Below the pieces are notes generated by a model, which made no database searches, was not told the DNA's origin, and saw only the letters and a list, made by a program, of their open reading frames with translations. DNA of 34,691 nt, from positions 1-34,691 of IMG/VR virus record IMGVR_UViG_3300025352_000117; one strand, given 5' to 3'. Source of the DNA: a virus (Duplodnaviria > Caudoviricetes). The translations under genes and the position numbers were made by a program. Shown here in pieces: positions 1 to 6,728 of this stretch (position 1 is its first letter; every line of letters begins with the position of its first letter).

Positions 1-66
1 CGACTACAAGTTGAATACGAACTTTCAAATCTAAAACAGTGGGCAGAAGAGAACTATGAAGCGTGA
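1..66 (+). CDS. 3' end of an upstream gene (partial, ...RLQVEYELSNLKQWAEENYEA*)
   Basis: Frame 1 is open from base 1 to TGA at 64-66 and overlaps the start of the next ORF, as is typical of phage gene packing. Confidence 0.6.
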   Translation, partial: RLQVEYELSNLKQWAEENYEA

Positions 67-574
67 TTACGAAAGCGGTGAAAGCAAAGATGTCAAATAC
101 TTTGTAGGCACGGAAGTCGAGAAGACTCCTGCCTACGGTATGCGTACATTGTTTGTTACAGGATTACAAGACTCTGTTGAAACTATAAACTTTGCAGAGG
201 CAGAAGCCTGCAAGCATATCTTCTTCGGAGCAAATCACAGTTTCAATCCCATGACCCCAAGTGAATGGAACGATTGGGAAGACATGATCAAATACTTCCT
301 CAAGAACGGTTACCTGTGCAGTCTTGACATCGACGTTGCTCTTGCTGAGGAATTCCTCGAAGGCGAGCTAATCGAGCACGATAACTTCATCCCCCAAATC
401 CGTGTGCCGCTGCCCTACATCAAGCTGTGGAACTACAACACTATGCTAAAGATCGACGACCGAGGGTTTCAAGAAACCAACCCAGGTGTATGGTGTCACA
501 GTTTACACGACCTAATGAATCGTGATAAATTTACTGACTGGAGTAAATATTCACTTGACAAGATCCTAAAGTGA
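56..574 (+). CDS. hypothetical protein at the head of the deazaguanine cluster
   Basis: 172 aa ORF with globular alpha/beta-looking sequence (FVGTEVEKTPAYGMRTLFV, HIFFGANHSF, TNPGVWCH); no family confidently recognised. Confidence 0.8.
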   Translation: MKRDYESGESKDVKYFVGTEVEKTPAYGMRTLFVTGLQDSVETINFAEAEACKHIFFGANHSFNPMTPSEWNDWEDMIKYFLKNGYLCSLDIDVALAEEFLEGELIEHDNFIPQIRVPLPYIKLWNYNTMLKIDDRGFQETNPGVWCHSLHDLMNRDKFTDWSKYSLDKILK

Positions 575-583
575 TCATATACT
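555..583 (+). promoter_or_regulatory. sigma70-type promoter
   Basis: TTGACA (555-560), 17-nt spacer, TATACT (578-583), upstream of ORF 611. Confidence 0.7.
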
Positions 584-610
584 TACACAATAGAGATAAA
601 GGATAGCATT

Positions 611-862
611 ATGCTTAAAGTTTACGTAGTAGGTACAGCAAACTCGGGCAAAACTACAATGAGTGCGCTGATTGCCAAGACGCTTAAAGAAAACGGGTTC
701 GACACCGAAGTTGTACCGTGGTTGCCAGGCGAACTACGCGACGACTACGATCCGTTTGAAAACTTCGAACAGCGTGTTGAAGGTATTAACCGTATGAACG
801 GAACAATTAAGATTGAAGAAATGCAAGCTGCACGAAACGGAGACTTTAATGTCATCAAGTAA
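611..862 (+). CDS. small P-loop (Walker A) protein
   Basis: VYVVGTANSGKTT matches GxxxxGK[T/S]; only 83 aa; AAGGA SD upstream. Confidence 0.7.
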   Translation: MLKVYVVGTANSGKTTMSALIAKTLKENGFDTEVVPWLPGELRDDYDPFENFEQRVEGINRMNGTIKIEEMQAARNGDFNVIK

Positions 863-1211
863 AAATACATTCATCAAAGTTCGCACCCAGTTCGAAGGGT
901 TTCATTACTACCCTGGTGCTAGCAACATCGACGAGCGTATCAAGTTTCTTGAAAACACGCACCGGCACATGTTCAAGGTTGAAGTCAAAATAGGAGTAAC
1001 GCACTTAGACAGAGAACTCGAGTTCTTTCTTGTCAAGTGGGCGCTACAGGATTTTATCACTAGCGGCGAAATGAATCACAAGAGCTGTGAAATGATTGCA
1101 ACAGACATTCTTGACGATTTTCTTATTCCAACCTACGGTGAACGATACTACGAAATTGTTGTCTCAGAAGACGGCGAAAGTGATGGCATCGTTGAATACA
1201 TACCAGAGTAA
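849..1211 (+). CDS. dpdL: QueD-like T-fold protein, probable 7-carboxy-7-deazaguanine decarboxylase (DpdL type)
   Basis: FEGFHYY N-terminal strand, LENTHRHMF (LxxxHRHxF instead of the QueD CxxxHGH motif), ELEF, SCEMIA and VSEDGE T-fold motifs. Start moved to ATG 849 because GGAG lies at 839-842. Confidence 0.65.
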   Translation: MSSSKNTFIKVRTQFEGFHYYPGASNIDERIKFLENTHRHMFKVEVKIGVTHLDRELEFFLVKWALQDFITSGEMNHKSCEMIATDILDDFLIPTYGERYYEIVVSEDGESDGIVEYIPE

Positions 1212-1220
1212 CTAATTCAC

Positions 1221-1276
1221 GCTTTGCAGCAGCATTTGGTCGTTTAGTTACTGCAAGGCCCATTACAAACGGCCGA
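1221..1276 (+). ncRNA. predicted H-type RNA pseudoknot (cis-regulatory element candidate)
   Basis: Stem 1: 1221-1233 pairs with 1247-1259 (12 of 13 pairs). Loop bases 1236-1245 (UUGGUCGUUU) pair fully with 1267-1276 (AAACGGCCGA). The G-U pairs favour the + strand. Confidence 0.6.
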
Positions 1277-1295
1277 CATAATCAAGGTAACACTT

Positions 1296-1502
1296 ATGAC
1301 AAACAACTTTCCCCCTGTTAATCAAATTTTTGATGACCTGGATAAGTTCCGCGACTTTTGCCGATACGAAGGCAAGCCATACGACGAAGCTGACCTGTAC
1401 AACGGTAAGGCTACTGTTTGGCAGGCCTATCAGAAGTATCAAGGCTACTTACGTGCTAAGGCACGTCGCAAGTCAAAGCCAAATAACCAACGGAGAAGTT
1501 AA
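1296..1502 (+). CDS. small hypothetical protein with a basic C-terminal tail
   Basis: 68 aa, AAGG SD, TAATG coupling to the glycosyltransferase; tail RAKARRKSKPNNQRRS. Confidence 0.75.
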   Translation: MTNNFPPVNQIFDDLDKFRDFCRYEGKPYDEADLYNGKATVWQAYQKYQGYLRAKARRKSKPNNQRRS

Positions 1503-2584
1503 TGACAGTATACATTGTAGACTTAGAGAGTGTCGAAACAAGATACACCCGGCAGTGGAAAGAACATCTTCCCCTGCAACTGCGGAAGGCTACAGTGGAC
1601 GACGTTGTTACAATCTCCGGCGGCGAAACGCCTCAGGCTACAACGCCTGGGGCTTTTCTTAACTTTGGGGGCACTAATGTTTACAAAAGCAAGCAGCTAG
1701 AAAAAATAGCTGAATTGTTCTGTGACGGTGTTATCAAGGACGGCGATTACTTCCTCTACACTGACGCTTGGAATCCTACTGTAATTCAGCTACGCTATAT
1801 GGCAGAATTGCTGGGCGTTAAAATTACAATAGGCGGACTTTGGCATGCTGGCAGTTACGATCCGCAAGACTTCTTAGGAAGACTGATAGGCGACAAGCCT
1901 TGGGTTCGGCTGTCTGAGCAAGCCATGTTCGAGACCTACGATCAAAACTTTTTTGCAACTGATTTTCATATCGACCTGTTTGCAAAGTCATTTGCTGGCT
2001 ATCAAAGCCCGGAGGTCTGGGTCTCTGTGCAAGAGGACGAAGAAAAAATCGTGCGGTCTGGTTGGCCTATGGAGTATCTTGCCAAAGAGCTAAGTAATTT
2101 CAAGGATCTGCCTAAGCGTGATTTAATTCTGTTTCCTCACAGAATTGCTCCAGAAAAGCAAGTTGAAATATTTAGAGACTTGGCTCTAGAACTTCCGCAA
2201 TACGAGTTTGTGATCTGTCAAGAAGAAGAACTGTCTAAGCAGGAGTATCACGAATTGCTAGGACAAGCCAAGGTTGTATTCAGTGCAAATCTGCAAGAGA
2301 CGCTGGGCATTAGCTGGTACGAAGGCGCGCTAGTGGACGCCATTCCTATGGTGCCCGATAGACTCAGCTACACAGAAATGGCCTTAGAAGAATTCAAGTA
2401 TCCAAGCGAATGGACAACTGAATTTGATGCTTATGATCATCACAAAGAACTAGTAAAAAGCAGAATCGTTGACTATGTAGAAAATTACAATGATTACTCA
2501 GATCTTGTTAAAAAGCAAGCCGGTAATCTAAGCATCGATTATTTTAGTGGGAACAATATGTATGGCAAAATTAGAGTGGGGTGA
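1502..2584 (+). CDS. GT-B fold (GT4-like) glycosyltransferase
   Basis: HRIAPEKQ motif and ETLGISWYE (EX7E motif of retaining GT-B enzymes); 360 aa. Confidence 0.8.
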   Translation: MTVYIVDLESVETRYTRQWKEHLPLQLRKATVDDVVTISGGETPQATTPGAFLNFGGTNVYKSKQLEKIAELFCDGVIKDGDYFLYTDAWNPTVIQLRYMAELLGVKITIGGLWHAGSYDPQDFLGRLIGDKPWVRLSEQAMFETYDQNFFATDFHIDLFAKSFAGYQSPEVWVSVQEDEEKIVRSGWPMEYLAKELSNFKDLPKRDLILFPHRIAPEKQVEIFRDLALELPQYEFVICQEEELSKQEYHELLGQAKVVFSANLQETLGISWYEGALVDAIPMVPDRLSYTEMALEEFKYPSEWTTEFDAYDHHKELVKSRIVDYVENYNDYSDLVKKQAGNLSIDYFSGNNMYGKIRVG

Positions 2585-2909
2585 CGTTACTAGTATAAAC
2601 ATGAATAACAACGTGTCTAATGTCACAGCTGGAGCACTCTACGACGGCTCCGGCTATGTCTCTACAACAGGAATAGGTGATTTTACGTTTCAAAACCGTA
2701 GCAACGACGTTGTTATCGACGGCGAACTTAAAGTAAACGGTCGTGATATCTTGAAAGAGATTGATGACATGCGTGACGTGCTGTTATTGCTAAGGCGTGA
2801 CGTAGACATGGAAGCAAAGTATCCCAAGTTAAAAGAGCTGAAAGAAGAATACGAACGTGCCCTAGAAAAGTATAAGACGTTTGAAGCAGTGAAAGGAGAC
2901 AAAATATGA
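2562..2909 (+). CDS. hypothetical protein
   Basis: In-frame ATG at 2562 preferred over the earlier non-ATG start; helical C-terminus (EAKYPKLKELKEEYE). Confidence 0.7.
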   Translation: MAKLEWGDVTSINMNNNVSNVTAGALYDGSGYVSTTGIGDFTFQNRSNDVVIDGELKVNGRDILKEIDDMRDVLLLLRRDVDMEAKYPKLKELKEEYERALEKYKTFEAVKGDKI

Positions 2910-3238
2910 TAGATGCAGTTTCAAGTGACGGGTCGTTGATAGTAATTAATAACAGTTACTCTCCGTACTCTACTGCACCAAACTATACTGGTAGAGAACT
3001 AGACGGCGATGTCCGAATGAACAACGGAAATCTAGAAGTCTATTCTGGAGGATGCTGGATGCAGGTTGGTACATCAGTAGACGTTCAATTGCCGATTGAA
3101 ACACAAGAAGTGATTGACTGGGCTCGTAAAAAGATGCAAGAAGAGAAAAAGCTAAACAAGCTCTGTGAAAAACACCCTGGTCTCAAAAACGCCAGGGATA
3201 AATTTGAAACAATTAAGGCATTGGTAGAAAATGACTAA
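2906..3238 (+). CDS. hypothetical protein
   Basis: GGAG SD, ATGA overlap with the previous gene; C-terminus CEKHPGLKNARDKF. Confidence 0.75.
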   Translation: MIDAVSSDGSLIVINNSYSPYSTAPNYTGRELDGDVRMNNGNLEVYSGGCWMQVGTSVDVQLPIETQEVIDWARKKMQEEKKLNKLCEKHPGLKNARDKFETIKALVEND

Positions 3239-3809
3239 GATAGAATACTACACATGGCAGGACGTTGAAACTGCCGCAAATGCAATCATTCATCAAATGT
3301 ACAAAAGTAACTGGCGGCCAGACTACATTGTCGGCATTACTAGAGGCGGACTGCCGCTGGCTACAATCATCAGCAATCAGCTAGACGTGCCCATGCATGC
3401 CCTTGGCGTTAGTTTCCGCGACAGTGAAATGGGTCCAGAGAGCAACTGCTGGATGGCTGAAGATGCTTTCGGTTACGTACAAGAAGAAGACCGGACGACA
3501 TCAACCACAGGGTGTCGGTGGGACGTTAACAGTCGTAAAAAGATCTTAATCGTCGACGACATTAACGACACGGGCAGGACTTTTAATTGGATCAAAGACG
3601 ACTGGCAGGACGGTTGCTTGCCCAGCGAAAAGTATGCATGGGACTCTATCTGGAACCACAGCGTTAGATTTGCTACTATGACAGAAAACATGTCGTCAGA
3701 ATTTCACGGAGTACAATATACCTGGAATGAAGTTAATAAAGCAGAAGAGGACGTTTGGCTCATTTATCCTTGGGAGAGAGGAGCATGGTTGCGAGGAAGT
3801 TCTAAATGA
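3231..3809 (+). CDS. type I purine phosphoribosyltransferase (xanthine/guanine PRT-like)
   Basis: IVGITRGGL and PRPP-binding loop ILIVDDINDTGRT; C-terminal WLIYPWE as in Gpt-like enzymes. Confidence 0.85.
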   Translation: MTKIEYYTWQDVETAANAIIHQMYKSNWRPDYIVGITRGGLPLATIISNQLDVPMHALGVSFRDSEMGPESNCWMAEDAFGYVQEEDRTTSTTGCRWDVNSRKKILIVDDINDTGRTFNWIKDDWQDGCLPSEKYAWDSIWNHSVRFATMTENMSSEFHGVQYTWNEVNKAEEDVWLIYPWERGAWLRGSSK

Positions 3810-4150
3810 CATACGAAGAAATTCCGTGGACTGATGTTATTATGCGATGCACCAAATACACCGTATTTGAAGATCAGCATCCTGTAACAGAAGGCCATCT
3901 ATTGTTCGTGCCCAAAGAACTTACTTGGGAATGTCTAGCAGATTGCTTCAAAGCTGCTTACGCTTGGGGACACGGATGGGTAGACGATGAGTACTGCGAC
4001 TCGTACAACATCGGACAAAACGTAGGTCCAGAAGCAGGACAGACGGTAGACTGGCCGCACGTACATTTAATCCCGCGTAGAAAGGGCGATGTAGAAGACC
4101 CACAAGGCGGTGTCCGTGCTGTATTACCCGGCAAACAAAAATATCAGTAA
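3806..4150 (+). CDS. HIT family nucleotide hydrolase
   Basis: DQHPVTEGHLLFVPK and AGQTVDWPHVHLIPR; the first His of the triad is replaced by Trp. Confidence 0.85.
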   Translation: MTYEEIPWTDVIMRCTKYTVFEDQHPVTEGHLLFVPKELTWECLADCFKAAYAWGHGWVDDEYCDSYNIGQNVGPEAGQTVDWPHVHLIPRRKGDVEDPQGGVRAVLPGKQKYQ

Positions 4151-4163
4151 GTTGTTGAAAAGG

Positions 4164-4192
4164 TTGACAAAAGCCTAAATATATGGTATACT
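4164..4192 (+). promoter_or_regulatory. sigma70 promoter for folE with an embedded late-like box
   Basis: TTGACA (4164-4169), 17 nt, TGn-TATACT (4187-4192); CTAAATA at 4175-4181 inside the spacer. Confidence 0.7.
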
Positions 4193-4237
4193 TAATGAAG
4201 TAAGGACATCCTCGTCCTAACAAAACTCGGAGAACGA

Positions 4238-4933
4238 ATGAAAAAGTCAGAAGAAATTAGAAATAGGCTAGAACAAGAAGAAAAGCGATACTGGGCCGGT
4301 GATAACATTTCAGATTACCTTGGTCAAGGTGATATGGCAGAACTTATTGACGAAGCAACTATCGCCTTTGAAAGTGTGCTGGACGCACTAGTTATCGACC
4401 GCATCAACGATCCTAACAGTATGGATACAGCCAGGCGATTGGCTAAAATGTACTTCACTGAAATCATGGCAGGACGATATGAACAGCATCCTGGTGCAAC
4501 TGCATTTCCTAACACAGGCGAAGACCGTTACGAAGGCATGCTGGTAGTACGTTCTGAAATTAAGAGTATGTGTTCACATCACCATCAGCCAGTTTCTGGC
4601 GTAGCATATATTGGTATTCTTGCTGCCGAAGAGCTAATCGGATTGAGCAAGTATACACGCATTGCTCAATGGTGTGCACGTCGTGGTACTTTGCAGGAAG
4701 AACTTGCAAACGAAATCACACGTGAGATTATGAAAGCAACAAAGTCTGACAATGTTGGTGTACATGTAGGAGCTGAACACGGATGCTGTACTAATCGGGG
4801 AATTATGGCTACTAGCTCGTTAACACAGACTACAGTGCTTAAAGGTGCATTTAAGTCTGATCCCAGCACAAAGAAAGAATTTTTTGACAACATTAAACTA
4901 CAGCAGTCGTCAGGTGGAAAAGGCGTTTATTAG
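4238..4933 (+). CDS. folE: GTP cyclohydrolase I
   Basis: SMCSHHH zinc motif, IGLSKYTR, LQEEL, HGCCTNRG, and EFF near the C-terminus. Confidence 0.95.
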   Translation: MKKSEEIRNRLEQEEKRYWAGDNISDYLGQGDMAELIDEATIAFESVLDALVIDRINDPNSMDTARRLAKMYFTEIMAGRYEQHPGATAFPNTGEDRYEGMLVVRSEIKSMCSHHHQPVSGVAYIGILAAEELIGLSKYTRIAQWCARRGTLQEELANEITREIMKATKSDNVGVHVGAEHGCCTNRGIMATSSLTQTTVLKGAFKSDPSTKKEFFDNIKLQQSSGGKGVY

Positions 4934-5592
4934 ACGTAACCGAATCCGTTTTGTCGCCACGTCTTAGAGAAGTCAATGGCTAGATGCTCTATCTTTTTAC
5001 TACTTCTTCCGTCGTTAACAGGAAGAGCATCTAGATCATTATAGATAGTGTTAAGTGTCCATTCAGGAATCCTAGCAGTTTTTTGTATTTCCTTTTTTGT
5101 TTTAAAAATACCAAAAGGAGTAACAAACTTATCTCTAAGAGTTCTTTTTTGGACATAACCTCTCTTCTTATTATTTATTTGACGAGTTAACTTAGATTTC
5201 CTTGCTACAATGGGGTTCTTCATTGGGTTGTTAGTAGTCATACGTGTTCGGACAAGTTCGATTATCTCAGGAGTAGAGAAAATATTATCTTTGCCAGATT
5301 TATATCTAGGTCCGTTAAACCTGCTACTTTTATTAAAAAACCCGTATGCATGTCTCATTTTGATTCCGTCCGTCTTAGTGAGCTGCATTTTAATTAATAA
5401 ACAATGACATACTCGATGTTCCTTGTAAGTAAGGACTACTAGGTTTTCTGGGTCGTTTGATCCGCCTACACATCGAGGAATAATGTGGTGAGTTTGATAA
5501 CCGTCACATCGGCACTTAATATGATCTCTTTTTACTGCTTGATTAACTATTCTGTAATATACTGAGGTGTATTTGTTGTCGATAAATATCAT
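4930..5592 (-). CDS. free-standing HNH homing endonuclease
   Basis: THHIIPRCVGGSNDPENLVVLTYKEHRVCH HNH motif; basic C-terminal DNA-binding-like region (NNPMK); antisense to its neighbours, with its stop overlapping the folE stop. Confidence 0.85.
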   Translation of the reverse strand: MIFIDNKYTSVYYRIVNQAVKRDHIKCRCDGYQTHHIIPRCVGGSNDPENLVVLTYKEHRVCHCLLIKMQLTKTDGIKMRHAYGFFNKSSRFNGPRYKSGKDNIFSTPEIIELVRTRMTTNNPMKNPIVARKSKLTRQINNKKRGYVQKRTLRDKFVTPFGIFKTKKEIQKTARIPEWTLNTIYNDLDALPVNDGRSSKKIEHLAIDFSKTWRQNGFGYV

Positions 5593-5618
5593 GCTGATAG
5601 TTCCTTATAAACTTTTAG

Positions 5619-5652
5619 AGTCGGTGGATGTTAGCGCATCTCGACCGGCACT
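5619..5652 (-). promoter_or_regulatory. structured leader hairpin of the HNH gene
   Basis: Minus strand reads AGU-GC(bulge)-CGGU-CGA-GAUG-cgcuaa-CAUC-C-ACCG-ACU, lying between the late box and the SD. Confidence 0.45.
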
Positions 5653-5655
5653 TTT

Positions 5656-5663
5656 TATTTATC
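5656..5663 (-). promoter_or_regulatory. T4-late-like promoter box for the HNH gene
   Basis: GATAAATA on the minus strand about 65 nt upstream of the HNH ATG. Confidence 0.55.
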
Positions 5664-5672
5664 AAATAGCAA

Positions 5673-5701
5673 TTGACACTTAATAAAAACTGTGTTAATG
5701 T
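5673..5701 (+). promoter_or_regulatory. sigma70-type promoter for queE
   Basis: TTGACA (5673-5678), 17 nt, TAATGT (5696-5701). Confidence 0.5.
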
Positions 5702-5741
5702 AGTAAAATATAAAATATAATTAGTAAAGGAATTAGTTAGC

Positions 5742-6614
5742 ATGAAACTACGATATTCAGAAGCGTTTTACTCTGTACAAGGCGAAGGCAAATTCGTAGG
5801 AGTACCTAGTGTATTCCTACGTACCTTTGGTTGTAATTTTCGCTGTCAGAATTTTGGACTCGACAGAGACCGTCCTAAAGAAAAGCATAACCCAGAAGTC
5901 AAAGAACTTCTTGCAAGTGACAGACTAAACGACATTAACAAGTTTGAAGACTTGCCTATCATCCACACAGGATGTGACACATACGCATCAATCTATCCTG
6001 AATTCAAAAAGTTCATGATGGACAAAGAAGTTGACGAAGTTGTCGAACACTTGCTGAGTCTTACACCAGAAGGTAAGTGGACTATGGACAACGGACAAGA
6101 CATCCATCTTATTCTAACCGGCGGCGAACCTATGCTGTGGCAAAGATTTTGGCCACATCTGTTAGATCACCCGCGTATGCAGGACCTAAAAAATATCACA
6201 ATCGAAACAAACGGTACGCAACAGGCACAGAAGTCTTTCTTAGATCTCTTTGCTAGTCGTCCTCGTATTAAACTAACATGGAGTTGTTCGCCTAAACTAA
6301 CAGTAAGCGGCGAAGAGTGGGCACAAGCGATCAAGCCAGAAGTAGTTGCAACATACAAGTACAGTCTACCTAACAGCGATATGTATCTAAAGTTTGTTGT
6401 AGCAGACCAGATCGACGTTGAAGAAGTACATAAAGCTGTGGCGGAATACAGATTAGCAGGCGTGGAATGTCCGGTGTACCTGATGCCACTAGGCGGTCGC
6501 AGCGAAGAATATGAAATAAACGAACCTAAGGTTGCAGAAATTGCAATGCAGCAGGGCTGGAGATTCTCTCCAAGACTTCATGTGGCGCTTTTTGGAAACC
6601 GGTGGGGTACGTAA
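5742..6614 (+). CDS. queE: 7-carboxy-7-deazaguanine synthase (radical SAM)
   Basis: FYSVQGEG, FLRTFGCNFRC...GCDT, LTGGEP, IETNGT, SPKL, RFSPRLH. Confidence 0.92.
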   Translation: MKLRYSEAFYSVQGEGKFVGVPSVFLRTFGCNFRCQNFGLDRDRPKEKHNPEVKELLASDRLNDINKFEDLPIIHTGCDTYASIYPEFKKFMMDKEVDEVVEHLLSLTPEGKWTMDNGQDIHLILTGGEPMLWQRFWPHLLDHPRMQDLKNITIETNGTQQAQKSFLDLFASRPRIKLTWSCSPKLTVSGEEWAQAIKPEVVATYKYSLPNSDMYLKFVVADQIDVEEVHKAVAEYRLAGVECPVYLMPLGGRSEEYEINEPKVAEIAMQQGWRFSPRLHVALFGNRWGT

Positions 6615-6702
6615 GTACACAACTAGGAGAAAATTATGAAACGATTTACTACGAAAACAAAATTAAAGACGCAGGGTACGGTTTAATAGTACATTGGGGC
6701 AC

Positions 6703-6709
6703 ATAAATA
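6703..6709 (+). promoter_or_regulatory. late-like promoter box
   Basis: ATAAATA about 20 nt upstream of ORF 6729, followed by an AAGGAG SD. Confidence 0.5.
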
Positions 6710-6728
6710 CGCACATTAAGGAGCTATT

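Noticed and set aside
849-1211. Canonical queD (CPH4 synthase)
   Set aside because: It lacks the catalytic CxxxHGH motif and has LxxxHRHxF instead, so it is called DpdL-like. A true queD is not visible in the window.
4203-4237. Canonical preQ1-I riboswitch
   Set aside because: The loop is only 6 nt and lacks the usual loop consensus. It is kept only as a speculative finding.
4930-5592. Group I intron or intein housing the HNH
   Set aside because: folE and queE both look complete and uninterrupted, the HNH is antisense and intergenic, and no intron core or intein motifs were seen.
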